A stretch of DNA of 56,648 bases from a virus (IMGVR_UViG_3300032225_002228:1-56648), one strand, 5' to 3'; shown: positions 20,757 through 31,074, numbered from the stretch's first letter. Notes: generated from the sequence alone by a model not told the origin. Translations and numbers: made by a program.

Positions 20757-21276
20757 ACAAAAAGACATTTACATAAATGATTTTGTCTCTATTACTAGAC
20801 CAGAATTGGTAAAACTAGGAAATCATATAGCAATTGATTTTGGTTTTACTTGCACAACCCAGTTGATGATTGGAGATTATGTTCATATTTCTCCAAATGT
20901 TTCTGTGATTGGTGGCAAAAAAACTTCTTTAGTCATTGGAGATTTTTGTTTTATATCTGCAGGAGCCAAACTAATTTGTGGTTCAGAAAAATTTTTGGGA
21001 GAAGGATTAATAGGTCCACTAATTCCAGATGAATATAAGGATGATCAAATCCTAGAACCTATTTTTTTGGAAAGGTTTTCTGGAATCTGCGCTAATTCTG
21101 TAGTGATGCCCGGTGTTACTATGGCAGAAGGATCGATACTTGGAGCAAATTCATTTTTAAAAGAATCAACTGAGCCTTGGACTATTTATGCAGGAAGTCC
21201 CGCAAAGCCAATAAAAAAAAGAAAGAGTGAGATTATGTATCAATACGCAAAGGATATGGGATATGAATACTCCTAA
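20740..21276 (+). CDS. Hexapeptide-repeat acyltransferase
   Basis: Left-handed beta-helix repeats, PWTIYAGSPAK. Confidence 0.8.
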   Translation: MALKNKQKDIYINDFVSITRPELVKLGNHIAIDFGFTCTTQLMIGDYVHISPNVSVIGGKKTSLVIGDFCFISAGAKLICGSEKFLGEGLIGPLIPDEYKDDQILEPIFLERFSGICANSVVMPGVTMAEGSILGANSFLKESTEPWTIYAGSPAKPIKKRKSEIMYQYAKDMGYEYS

Positions 21277-21862
21277 TTTTGATATAGTTTCTGATTTTGA
21301 GAAACAGATAGCATACTTCTTTAATGCCCCCTATGCAATAGCGGTGGATTCTTGTACTCATGGAATAGAGCTTTGTGCTATATATAAAAAGATTGAAAAG
21401 ATAAGTGTCCCATGTAGGACATATTTGTCTGTACCAATGTTATCAAATAAACTAGGATTGCCACTTGAGTGGAGAGATGAGTCTTGGCAAGATTATTATT
21501 ATCTTGGTGGGACAAATATTATTGATGCTGCAGTTCTTTGGAAGAAAGATAGTTATATTCCTAATACCTTTATGTGTTTGAGTTTTCAGTATCAAAAACA
21601 TTTGAGCCTTGGTCGCGGAGGGGCGATATTGTTGGATAACAAGGAAGACTACAAAATTTTAAAGAAGATGTCTTATGACGGAAGATTACCCAATGTTCCT
21701 TGGAGAAATCAAAACATTGATACATTCGGGTATCATTACTACATGACACCAGAGACGGCAAAAATAGGTTTAGAAAAGCTTCCAAATGCTATAATAGATA
21801 TACCAAGAAAGTGGGTAGTCACAGATTGGGTTGACTTGAGAGAAATGGATATTTTTAAATGA
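21263..21862 (+). CDS. Short DegT/DnrJ-family aminotransferase-like protein
   Basis: AVDSCTHG, IDAA, SFQYQKHL..GRGG, GYHYYM; only about 200 aa. Confidence 0.75.
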   Translation: MNTPNFDIVSDFEKQIAYFFNAPYAIAVDSCTHGIELCAIYKKIEKISVPCRTYLSVPMLSNKLGLPLEWRDESWQDYYYLGGTNIIDAAVLWKKDSYIPNTFMCLSFQYQKHLSLGRGGAILLDNKEDYKILKKMSYDGRLPNVPWRNQNIDTFGYHYYMTPETAKIGLEKLPNAIIDIPRKWVVTDWVDLREMDIFK

Positions 21863-22827
21863 AGAAAGCTTTAATTACAGGAATTACTGGGCAAGATGGT
21901 AGCTATCTTGCAGAACATTTATTAGAATTAGGATATGATGTTCATGGTATCGTAAGGAGACAATCAGTTGCAGAGCATCAAAGCTCTAGACTAGATGCTA
22001 TCAATAATGATATTACAAGATACTATGGAGACATGCTTGATGAGCATTCACTATACAACATTGTTGAAAAAGTTCAACCAGATGAAATTTATAATTTAGC
22101 TGCCATGAGTCATGTTAAAATTAGTTTTGATGTTCCAGCTTTTACAATTAAAACAAATTCCTTGGGCGTACTTAATGTTTTAGAGGCATACCGAAAGTAT
22201 GCACCAGATGCAAAATTTTATCAAGCCAGTTCTTCAGAAATGTTTGGAAATTCTGTAGATGATGATGGTTGTCAAAGATTAACAACATCAATGAATCCTG
22301 TAAGTCCATATGGGTGTTCTAAGGTAATGGGTTACAATCTTACCAAGCATTATCGAAATGCTTATGGATTACATGCATCAAACGGAATTCTTTTTAACCA
22401 TGAATCACCAAGAAGAGGAACTAATTTTGTTACACATAAGGTGGTGAAGGGTGCGGTAGAAATTAAAAAAGGTCTTGCAAACAAACTTGAATTAGGAAAT
22501 TTGGATTCTAGTAGAGATTGGGGTCACTCATATGACTATGTTCGTGCTATGCATCTTATTACAAATAATGATGAAGCTAGAGATTGGGTTGTATCAACTG
22601 GAGAAACTAGAACTGTAAGAGAACTTTGCAAATATGTATTTTCATCATTAGATCTCAACTATGAAGATTATGTTGTGCAAAATCCAGAATACATGAGAGC
22701 AGAAGAACTTAAATATCTTCGTGGAGATTCTAGTGAAATTCGTGAAAAACTTGGCTGGCAACCAAAGTATAACTTTAACTCTTTAATGGATGAAATGATT
22801 GAAACTTGGATGAAAAGAGTATCTTAA
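21859..22827 (+). CDS. gmd: GDP-mannose 4,6-dehydratase
   Basis: ITGITGQDGSYLAE, YQASSSE, SPYGCSK, FNHESPRRG, RDWGH. Confidence 0.95.
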   Translation: MKKALITGITGQDGSYLAEHLLELGYDVHGIVRRQSVAEHQSSRLDAINNDITRYYGDMLDEHSLYNIVEKVQPDEIYNLAAMSHVKISFDVPAFTIKTNSLGVLNVLEAYRKYAPDAKFYQASSSEMFGNSVDDDGCQRLTTSMNPVSPYGCSKVMGYNLTKHYRNAYGLHASNGILFNHESPRRGTNFVTHKVVKGAVEIKKGLANKLELGNLDSSRDWGHSYDYVRAMHLITNNDEARDWVVSTGETRTVRELCKYVFSSLDLNYEDYVVQNPEYMRAEELKYLRGDSSEIREKLGWQPKYNFNSLMDEMIETWMKRVS

Positions 22828-22828
22828 A

Positions 22829-23683
22829 ATGATTGGTTTTAATGATTTGGGGTCAAAGGGTTGGCTAGGAAATCAAATGTTCCAGTATGCTGGACTAAGA
22901 GGAATTGCTGCAAAAAACAATTATGAATTTTGCATCCCCCCAAATGATGAAACTCGTGTTCATAATTATTCTTTATTAGAGTGTTTTGAAATGTCTAATT
23001 GTAACAATATTCAGTATATTAATGCTGCAACATATCATTCAGATTACACAGATTTGCCCAATTCATGTAAATTTGAATTTAGTCAAGAAATGCTGGATAA
23101 TTGCCCAGATGAGGTAAACATAACTGGTTTTTTTCAATCTGAAAAATATTTTAAGCATATTGAATATAGTATTCGTCAAGATTTTAAGTTTAAAAAACAA
23201 TATCTATATGAAGCAAAAAGTTTTATTTCACAATTTGAAAAAAATCCAATATTCTTGCATATTAGAAGGCAAGATTATATTGCTTCTGGAAATAATTTTC
23301 ATATACAAACTGAAGAGTATTACAGGGAGGGGCTTAAGTATTTTTCAGAAGATTTGCCAGTCATTATCCTGTCTGATGACATTGATTGGTGCAAGTCACA
23401 GGATATATTTTCTTCTGAAAGATTTTTATTTTATGAAAAGCAACAAAGGTTTTCCAGTATTGTCCCGGGATACTCATACCCAGCTTTGGTCCCATTTGTG
23501 GATTTATGCATTATGAGTCTATGCTCTGGGGGAATTATTTCTAATAGCACCCTTAGTTGGTGGGGTGCATGGTTAATTGAAAAAGAAAATAAAATTATTA
23601 TTGCTCCTAAAAATTGGTTTGGCGCAGGGCTTGTTCACAAAAATACTCAGGATATTATACCTAAAGAATGGATCAAATTATGA
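22829..23683 (+). CDS. Alpha-1,2-fucosyltransferase-like (GT11)
   Basis: GWLGNQMFQYA, HIRRQDY, SDDIDWC, SNSTLSWWGAW. Confidence 0.9.
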   Translation: MIGFNDLGSKGWLGNQMFQYAGLRGIAAKNNYEFCIPPNDETRVHNYSLLECFEMSNCNNIQYINAATYHSDYTDLPNSCKFEFSQEMLDNCPDEVNITGFFQSEKYFKHIEYSIRQDFKFKKQYLYEAKSFISQFEKNPIFLHIRRQDYIASGNNFHIQTEEYYREGLKYFSEDLPVIILSDDIDWCKSQDIFSSERFLFYEKQQRFSSIVPGYSYPALVPFVDLCIMSLCSGGIISNSTLSWWGAWLIEKENKIIIAPKNWFGAGLVHKNTQDIIPKEWIKL

Positions 23684-24453
23684 AAAAAGAAGAAAGTATA
23701 TATAAATTATCGGTAGCTATTGTGGCTCATGACTTTGAAGGGAAAAGTCTGGATTACTTTAAAAGACTATTAGATTCAATAATCATGCAAAATCTTCATA
23801 ATTTTGAAGTAATCATTTCAGATCAGAGTGGAAATAAAAAATTTTTAGAAGTAATTCAAGAAACAATAATTCCTTCCTGTATTGACTTTAAGTATTTTGA
23901 AAGTCAGTCAACCAATGCTTCAGAAAACCTTAACTTTGCTATATCTAAATGCTCTTCTGAATTTATTAAAATTATGTTTTTGGATGATTTTTTTCATTCT
24001 CCAAACGCCTTGAGTAGATTCAATGATGCATTTATTAGTGGAGCAAAATGGGTTGCATCTGCACAAACACATTGGGACGAGCAAGCACAACACTACTATC
24101 GTGATATGGTTCCTTGTTGGAATGATCAAATGGTTTCTGGAAATAATACTATTGGCAATCCTTCAGTAATTGCTTTCCAGCATAATAAGAAATTTAAATT
24201 TGATAATAGATTGTTTTACTTATTTGATACAGATTTTTATCAATTTTTGAAAAATATTTACGGCGAACCTTATATTTTAAATGAGATTCTAATTGCCACT
24301 TCTGCAAATAATGGTGGCGCTTCTCAAAGTATACCAAGCCAAGAAAACTTTAATGATCTTTTACAAGAAGAATTAAAAATATCATATGAAAACCGTTTTG
24401 TTTCCTGTAAAGATTGTAAAAATGGAGGTCTTAATTGTGAAATCCCAAGCTAG
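23680..24453 (+). CDS. Glycosyltransferase family 2
   Basis: FEVIISDQS, FLDD, GNPS, FDTDF. Confidence 0.78.
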   Translation: MKKEESIYKLSVAIVAHDFEGKSLDYFKRLLDSIIMQNLHNFEVIISDQSGNKKFLEVIQETIIPSCIDFKYFESQSTNASENLNFAISKCSSEFIKIMFLDDFFHSPNALSRFNDAFISGAKWVASAQTHWDEQAQHYYRDMVPCWNDQMVSGNNTIGNPSVIAFQHNKKFKFDNRLFYLFDTDFYQFLKNIYGEPYILNEILIATSANNGGASQSIPSQENFNDLLQEELKISYENRFVSCKDCKNGGLNCEIPS

Positions 24454-24910
24454 TTTTGCAACTTATAGTTTAGTTAAAACGGATAAAGAAAAAATAGAAG
24501 ATATGCGAATTATAAGAAATGATTGCAGACTATTTATGACAAATAATCAAAACGAAATTAGTAAATCAGAACAAGAAAAATGGTTTAATGAACTAGATAA
24601 TAATTATCTTATTCCATTTGTTTTTTATAAATATTTTGGTTTAACTGCACAAGAACCCATTGGTTATGCAATTATTAAAAATGAAAAAGATTCAGTCTGG
24701 TTAACAGGTGGATTAATATCTAGTTATCGTGGGAAAGGTATTGGAAAATTGCTTTTTGAAATGATTGTTGAAAAAGCTAAAAAATATAACAAAAAAATAA
24801 TGCTGGACGTATTAAAAACTAATATTAATGCTATTTCTCTTTATACAAAAATAGGATTTGTACTTTCCAGCGAAAATGAAAAAGTTTTTATTATGGAGTA
24901 TCTGGTATGA
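24437..24910 (+). CDS. GNAT acetyltransferase (PseH-like)
   Basis: YRGKGIGK, NINAISLYTKIGF; GTG start with GGAGG RBS. Confidence 0.8.
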   Translation: MKSQASFATYSLVKTDKEKIEDMRIIRNDCRLFMTNNQNEISKSEQEKWFNELDNNYLIPFVFYKYFGLTAQEPIGYAIIKNEKDSVWLTGGLISSYRGKGIGKLLFEMIVEKAKKYNKKIMLDVLKTNINAISLYTKIGFVLSSENEKVFIMEYLV

Positions 24911-25617
24911 AGATTTTAATTTTATTAGCATATTACAACAGACCAGAAATGGTACGGATTGCCTTGCAATCTATAGCAAATCAAGACTATGATAACTGGG
25001 AATTAGCATTTGTAGATGATGGAAGTGATATTTCCGGAGAAAACATAGTAAAAGAAATGTTAGGAAATCACTTACATAAAATAAAATTTTTTAATACAAA
25101 TGATACTAAGGATCAAAAAGTTTTGCAGGGCGGAAGTATCTTTGGAAAGTTTTGGAATAATGCTATGTATAATACCGATGCAGATATAGCAATTATGTTA
25201 TGTGACGATGATGCCTTATACCCAGAATACTTAAAAAAACTTAATGAATATTATTCAAAAAATAATGTTAATTATTCTTTTGGTCATGTCTCCCTATTTG
25301 ACCCATCTGTAGAAAAAGATATTAACAGCATTACCGATAATTTAAATACTTGGCTAAATAATCATTATGGACCAATTCATCCAGCAAATCAAGTAGATGC
25401 TAGTCAAGTTTCTTGGAAAATAGATGCAATAAAAAAGTTTGATATAAAGTTTTCATATCCGAAAACAGCAGATTTAGATTCTGATTTATATATGCAACTA
25501 TATAATTATTTAGGTTATTGTCCCTATAATGCTATAATAACACAATATAAAGGTTGGCATCAAGACCAACTTGGCAATAGAAAACATACCGCACCATACG
25601 AAGTGAGTGATAATTAA
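24907..25617 (+). CDS. Glycosyltransferase family 2
   Basis: YNR, VDDGS, LCDDD. Confidence 0.85.
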   Translation: MKILILLAYYNRPEMVRIALQSIANQDYDNWELAFVDDGSDISGENIVKEMLGNHLHKIKFFNTNDTKDQKVLQGGSIFGKFWNNAMYNTDADIAIMLCDDDALYPEYLKKLNEYYSKNNVNYSFGHVSLFDPSVEKDINSITDNLNTWLNNHYGPIHPANQVDASQVSWKIDAIKKFDIKFSYPKTADLDSDLYMQLYNYLGYCPYNAIITQYKGWHQDQLGNRKHTAPYEVSDN

Positions 25618-26699
25618 TGATACCTCTTTTTAAAGTAAGAATGTCTGACAATGTAATTGAAAAGCTTTCCCCAGTTTTATATTCGGGTTACATTGCTCAA
25701 GGAAGTAAAGTAGATCAATTTGAAGATATTCTTTGGAAAAATTTTAAGTCTAAAAGCAAGCCAATAACAGTTAATTCTGGAACAGCAGCAATTGATTTAG
25801 CTTTAGAGCTATGTGATGTTAGATTTGGAGATGAAGTTATCTCCACTGCACAAACATGTTTTGCGACTCAAATTGGAGCAATGCATAGGGGGGCAAAAAT
25901 TCGTTGGGCAGATATCGACCCATTGACTGGATTAATTGATCCAAAATCAGTTGAAAAACTTATTACTTCAAAAACTAAAGCAATTATTGCTGTAGATTGG
26001 GCTGGTAAGATTGCTGACTACAAAGCTTTAAAATCTTTTGGGATTCCAGTAGTTGAAGATGCCGCACATTGTTGGGATATTTTTCTGGAAGAAAATATTG
26101 AAAGAGGAGATTATATTTGTTATAGTCTGCAAGCAATCAAGTTTTTAACTACTGGAGACGGTGGAATTTTAATTGCGCCCTTGGAAAAAGAAAAGCAAGG
26201 AAGAATTTTAAGATGGTTTGGTTTAGACAGAGAACAAAAAGAAGATTTTAGATGCACTCAAAACATTCAGAAAGCTGGATTTAAATATCACATGAATGAT
26301 ATTGCAGCCACGATAGGCATTGAGAATATTAAATATGCAAACGAATCAGTTCTTAAACATAAGAAAAATGCAGAAGTTTTTTGCAAAGAGTTTGCAAATC
26401 TAGACTATGCCACAGTTCTGCCGTATGATAAAAATTCTTCTTATTGGATTTTTTCTATTGTTTTAAATAATGGAGTAAACAGAGAAGAATTTACTTGCTA
26501 TCTTAAAAACAATAATATTGCTTCAAGTCCAGTACATTTTAGAAACGATGAGTATGATGCAACAGCTTCTTTCAAAGAGGAAGTATTGCCAGCACTTGAA
26601 TTTTTTACGGAACAACAAATAAATGTTCCAGTAGGATGGTGGCTAACAGAAAAAGATTTGAGTCATATCATTAATGTTGTAAAGGAATACAAATGCTAG
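25617..26699 (+). CDS. DegT/DnrJ/EryC1/StrS sugar aminotransferase
   Basis: VNSGTAA, EDAAH, SLQAIKFLTTGDGG, GFKYHMND. Confidence 0.92.
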   Translation: MIPLFKVRMSDNVIEKLSPVLYSGYIAQGSKVDQFEDILWKNFKSKSKPITVNSGTAAIDLALELCDVRFGDEVISTAQTCFATQIGAMHRGAKIRWADIDPLTGLIDPKSVEKLITSKTKAIIAVDWAGKIADYKALKSFGIPVVEDAAHCWDIFLEENIERGDYICYSLQAIKFLTTGDGGILIAPLEKEKQGRILRWFGLDREQKEDFRCTQNIQKAGFKYHMNDIAATIGIENIKYANESVLKHKKNAEVFCKEFANLDYATVLPYDKNSSYWIFSIVLNNGVNREEFTCYLKNNNIASSPVHFRNDEYDATASFKEEVLPALEFFTEQQINVPVGWWLTEKDLSHIINVVKEYKC

Positions 26700-27553
26700 T
26701 AGCAGGAATCACGCAGGTAAGAAATGAATTCGATAATATTGAATTTACTATCTATCATCATCTCCAACAGGGGTTAGACTTTATTTTAGTTTCAGATAAC
26801 GGATCTACTGATGGAACACTAGAAGTATTACGAGATTTGTCAAAAAAATATGATAATATTATTTTGTTTGAGGATGATGGTCCATTTCATCAATCGGCAA
26901 CACAAACATTTTTAGCAAGAGAAGCTTATAAGTTAGGTTGCGATTGGGTTGTACCCTTTGATGGAGACGAGCTTTGGTTGTCACAAAACTCTATAAAAAA
27001 AGATTTGGAAAGCATAACAGCATCATCAATTAAGATAGAGATTCAAAACTTTGTACAAAAAACTGAACATTCAAATAAAATTTATGCAGATGTTCAGTGG
27101 AAAATCCCCAGTTATGCTCAAAACGCAACACAATATGAAATAGAAAATAAAATTAAGTCAAATGTTGAACTTCCTTGGACACCAAAACATATTATTAGAA
27201 CTTCAGAAAATCTAATTATTCATGCTGGTGCCCATCAATACGAAAATCAAGATCAAAATTGTATTGTAGATAATAGATTTATTATTTTTCAAGTTCCAAT
27301 TAGATCATATGAGCATTTAGTTAGAAAAGGTGAGCAGGGAATAAGATTAAAAGAATCTGGATATTCATATACTCATGGCTGGGAATGTCATCGCTGGGGA
27401 GATATGTTAAACGCTGGACAGCTCCATGCTGAGTGGGTAGCAAACTCTGAGTCAGATGGAGTCTTAACTAGATATGATGGTTCAACATTTTCTTTAGAAC
27501 TTGACAAAACTATACAAAAAATATATAATGAATTTTTAACAGAGAGGAAATAA
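26693..27553 (+). CDS. Glycosyltransferase family 2-like
   Basis: VRNE, DNGSTDGT, PFDGDE. Confidence 0.82.
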   Translation: MLVAGITQVRNEFDNIEFTIYHHLQQGLDFILVSDNGSTDGTLEVLRDLSKKYDNIILFEDDGPFHQSATQTFLAREAYKLGCDWVVPFDGDELWLSQNSIKKDLESITASSIKIEIQNFVQKTEHSNKIYADVQWKIPSYAQNATQYEIENKIKSNVELPWTPKHIIRTSENLIIHAGAHQYENQDQNCIVDNRFIIFQVPIRSYEHLVRKGEQGIRLKESGYSYTHGWECHRWGDMLNAGQLHAEWVANSESDGVLTRYDGSTFSLELDKTIQKIYNEFLTERK

Positions 27554-27555
27554 AA

Positions 27556-28566
27556 ATGAAAAGAGTATTGCTCACAGGAGCAAGTGGATTTGTAGGAAGC
27601 CATGTGTTGCGACACATTATTCTTAATACAGATTGGTATGTTGTATGCCCTACAACCTTTACGCACAAGGGTTTGCAGGACAGAATTCGTGTTGCCCTAG
27701 ATGACATTCCAGATGCATACAAGCGCGTCAAGGTAATTCGTTGCGATTTCACATCACCAATTTCACCTATCACCGCACATGAGTTCGGCAAAATTGACTA
27801 TGTAATTAATGTAGCATCCGAAAGCCATGTTGATCGAAGCATTGAATATCCTGCTCCTTTCATTATTAACAATGTATCTTTGATTTGTCACCTGCTTGAT
27901 TGGGCTAGAATTGCTCAGCCAGAAAAATTTTTGCAGGTATCAACCGATGAAGTTTATGGTCCTGCTTCAACAGGCTATGCTCATCAAGAATGGATTGATC
28001 AACATCTTCCAAGTAATCCATATGCTGCTAGTAAAGCAGCCCAAGAAGATATTTGTTTCTCCTACTGGCGTACATATGGAATTCCTATGGCTATTACCAA
28101 TACCATGAATATTATTGGCGAGACACAGGACCCAGAAAAATTTATGCCTATGACTATTAAGCGTGTTCTTAATGGAGAAAATATGACTATTCATGCATCT
28201 CCTGAAGGTGAAATTGGCAGTCGTTTTTACCTTCATGCTCGTAACCAAGCAGATGGTTTATTACATGTTTTAAATCAACCATTTAGATCCTATGGAGAAG
28301 TTGATATGCCAGAGCGCTTTCACATTGTTGGAGAACGCGAAGTAAATAATCTAGAGATGGCACAAATGATTGCAAAAGCAACAGGGAAACCATTAAATTA
28401 TGAACTTGTAGATTTCCATTCATCTCGTCCCGGACATGATTTGCGTTATGCCCTTGATGGAAAGAAAATGGCAGAATCGGGTTGGAGCCTTCCAATTCCA
28501 CTAGAAGAGTCTATTGAAAAAACGGTTAAGTGGACACTTGACCATCCAGAGTGGCTTAATATTTAA
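27556..28566 (+). CDS. rmlB: dTDP-glucose 4,6-dehydratase (extended SDR)
   Basis: TGASGFVG, ASESHVDRSI, STDEVYG, PYAASK, RPGHDLRY. Confidence 0.9.
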   Translation: MKRVLLTGASGFVGSHVLRHIILNTDWYVVCPTTFTHKGLQDRIRVALDDIPDAYKRVKVIRCDFTSPISPITAHEFGKIDYVINVASESHVDRSIEYPAPFIINNVSLICHLLDWARIAQPEKFLQVSTDEVYGPASTGYAHQEWIDQHLPSNPYAASKAAQEDICFSYWRTYGIPMAITNTMNIIGETQDPEKFMPMTIKRVLNGENMTIHASPEGEIGSRFYLHARNQADGLLHVLNQPFRSYGEVDMPERFHIVGEREVNNLEMAQMIAKATGKPLNYELVDFHSSRPGHDLRYALDGKKMAESGWSLPIPLEESIEKTVKWTLDHPEWLNI

Positions 28567-28570
28567 TACT

Positions 28571-29257
28571 ATGACTATTGCTCTTATTGTTCCTGTTTTA
28601 AAAAGGTTTGACCTTTTTACTTACATGATAAAAACTGTTGATTGTGAAATCAAACCGTATGTAATACCTAATTATGAATTTAATATGGGTGTATCCGCTG
28701 CTTGGAATGAAGGAATGAGGCAGGCATTGTCAGATGGCTATGAATATGCTATCATTACCAATGACGATGTTCGGTTTGACAAAAACTGTATAAAGCAAAT
28801 AGAAAAAAGTTTAAAAGAAACTGATGCTGTCATTGTTTGTGCAAATCAAAATGCAATTCATAATTTTAAAAATAAATTAATTGAAGGTGCAGACTTCTTT
28901 TGCTTTGGAGTCAACATATCAAAACTGATTAACCATTGCGGGTTTTTTGATGAAAATTTTTATCCTGCATATTTTGAAGATAATGATATGGAATACAGGA
29001 TTAAGCTGACAGGTTTAAAGAGTTTTATTAATACTCGTGCAATTGCTTATCATGAGCAATCGGCAACACAATTTGCCGATGATCCAACAAGGACAAATCC
29101 GTTCAGATGGAATTGTCGCCCAGAAAAATTTGAAGAATTAAGAGGATATTACATAAGAAAATGGGGAGGAAATCCCAGAGAAGAAAAGTTTATACATCCT
29201 TTTAATAAAGATAAAACACACATATGGGAATGGGAGAAAAATGCAACTATACAATAA
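28571..29257 (+). CDS. Glycosyltransferase family 2
   Basis: GVSAAWN, TNDD, FDENFYPAYFEDND. Confidence 0.82.
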   Translation: MTIALIVPVLKRFDLFTYMIKTVDCEIKPYVIPNYEFNMGVSAAWNEGMRQALSDGYEYAIITNDDVRFDKNCIKQIEKSLKETDAVIVCANQNAIHNFKNKLIEGADFFCFGVNISKLINHCGFFDENFYPAYFEDNDMEYRIKLTGLKSFINTRAIAYHEQSATQFADDPTRTNPFRWNCRPEKFEELRGYYIRKWGGNPREEKFIHPFNKDKTHIWEWEKNATIQ

Positions 29258-30287
29258 CAATAAGCAACTGTGTTTTGACGATATCCTTCTTGTGCCGCAA
29301 GCATCAGATGTGGTGTCAAGATCAGAAGTAGGATTGTCAATGTCAATCGGATATGATAAAAAAGCAATTGAGCTTTATCTTCCTGTTGTAACAGCACCTA
29401 TGGACACTGTTTGCGAAGAGACAATGGCAACAGAAATTTCCAGCTACGGTGGATTAGGAATAATTCATCGCTTTATGGATTTTGAACAACAAAAAAATCA
29501 AGTTTTTAATGTTGCAAAAAAAGGACTTACAGTTGGAGCAGCAGTAGGTCTAAAAGATGCAGCAAAAAATGCACAAAGTCTAGCCCTTTCAGGTGCAAAA
29601 GTTATTTGTTTAGATATTGCAAATGGACATAGCAGTTTAGCAGTAGATGCAGTCAGAGAAATAAGAAAATTGTTACCAGATATTCACATCATGACAGGAA
29701 ATGTTTCAACATGGGATGGATTTTTGGCGCTCTCCTTAGCTGGAGCTGATTCTATCCGCGTAGGTATTGGCGGAGGTTCAATGTGTACGACCAGACTGGT
29801 GACTGGTCATGGCATGCCAACATTATCTTCTATTATGGATATTAGATCAATGCTTGAAAGAATGGACCTTCCAACCTCCATTATTGCAGATGGTGGCATT
29901 AGAAATGCTGGAGATATGGCTAAAGCTTTTGCCGCAGGATCAGATGCAGTAATGTTGGGTTCTGTGTTAGCAGGACATGATGAATCTCCGGGAGAATTAA
30001 TGTTTGACAATGCTGATAGACCATTTAAAAACATTAGAGGTATGGCTAGCGCAGAAGCTCAAATTAATTTTAAAGGCTCTGCATCAGTTGTGGAAGGAAT
30101 TTCTTCAGAAATTGCTTACAGGGGGGCGGTATCAAATACTTTAAACGAAATTCGCGGCGGTCTGGCAAGCGCATGTTCTTATTCTGGAGTTTATCAATTA
30201 GAAGACCTTGCATATAATTCACAATATGTAATAGTATCAACCAATAGCGTAAAGGAGAATCAACCTCATGGTCAAAGAAACATATGA
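29241..30287 (+). CDS. IMP dehydrogenase / GMP reductase family (no CBS domain)
   Basis: [36 protein letters not shown]. Confidence 0.9.
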   Translation: MQLYNNNKQLCFDDILLVPQASDVVSRSEVGLSMSIGYDKKAIELYLPVVTAPMDTVCEETMATEISSYGGLGIIHRFMDFEQQKNQVFNVAKKGLTVGAAVGLKDAAKNAQSLALSGAKVICLDIANGHSSLAVDAVREIRKLLPDIHIMTGNVSTWDGFLALSLAGADSIRVGIGGGSMCTTRLVTGHGMPTLSSIMDIRSMLERMDLPTSIIADGGIRNAGDMAKAFAAGSDAVMLGSVLAGHDESPGELMFDNADRPFKNIRGMASAEAQINFKGSASVVEGISSEIAYRGAVSNTLNEIRGGLASACSYSGVYQLEDLAYNSQYVIVSTNSVKENQPHGQRNI

Positions 30288-30642
30288 TTTAATGAAAAAA
30301 ATTAATAATAATTTAAGGCTTGCTCCTTCAGGTGAAGTAATTTTTGAAAGATGTTTGCGTCTTGCTGAAAATCTTATTGCAAAAAATATTTCATATGGCG
30401 ATTCAGCACTAAATCCAAATCCAATTTTTTCCAAAGGTGGTCAAAATGAAAGCCTTGCATCACGCATTGATGATAAATTGAATCGTATTGCAAATAGTCA
30501 ATCATACCCCGGAGACAATGATCTTGACGATTTATTAGGGTATCTGGTATTATATAGTATATATAGAGAGCGAGAAATCGGAAATGGGTATGAAGAGCTA
30601 TCTAAGGAGAGAGCATGCCGACCTACACATTTAATTGTTTAA
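30268..30642 (+). CDS. DUF1599/Nmad1-like helical protein
   Basis: KNISYGDS, RIDDKLNRI, DLLGYLVL. Confidence 0.65.
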   Translation: MVKETYDLMKKINNNLRLAPSGEVIFERCLRLAENLIAKNISYGDSALNPNPIFSKGGQNESLASRIDDKLNRIANSQSYPGDNDLDDLLGYLVLYSIYREREIGNGYEELSKERACRPTHLIV

Positions 30643-30782
30643 ATTGTGATACAACTTTTGAAAAAGTTGTAAAGATGGATGATAGAGATAATCAAATTTG
30701 CAAAGAATGTGGTTATAAACTTATTAGGTCAATTGATCGTCCGGGACTTGTATGGGCACCCACAGCTGGAGGATATAGGTGA
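30615..30782 (+). CDS. FmdB-like Zn-ribbon protein (not in ORF track)
   Basis: AAGGAG RBS; MPTYTFNCLNC...CKECG. Confidence 0.75.
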   Translation: MPTYTFNCLNCDTTFEKVVKMDDRDNQICKECGYKLIRSIDRPGLVWAPTAGGYR

Positions 30783-30786
30783 TTAA

Positions 30787-31074
30787 ATGGTTAAGAAAAA
30801 AATCAAAAGCACGGAACTTAAGCCTTACTGGTATAACCCTTATATTTCTGTGTTTTATGAGCTGGAGTTTAATAAAAAAATGGTTGTTTCGGGGACTAGA
30901 CTTAAAATTAAAGGATCTAGAGGAAACTTTGTTTTTCACAAACTAGTCCATCATTCTAAGCTTGACAAAACTTGGATTGATTGCATGGATGACCACACTG
31001 GCGAGTATAGGTCTTTTTATGTAGATAGAATTAAATCTATTATTCCGCCAAAAAGGAGCAGAAAAGATAAATGA
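30787..31074 (+). CDS. Hypothetical protein
   Basis: ORF tiling between neighbours. Confidence 0.7.
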   Translation: MVKKKIKSTELKPYWYNPYISVFYELEFNKKMVVSGTRLKIKGSRGNFVFHKLVHHSKLDKTWIDCMDDHTGEYRSFYVDRIKSIIPPKRSRKDK

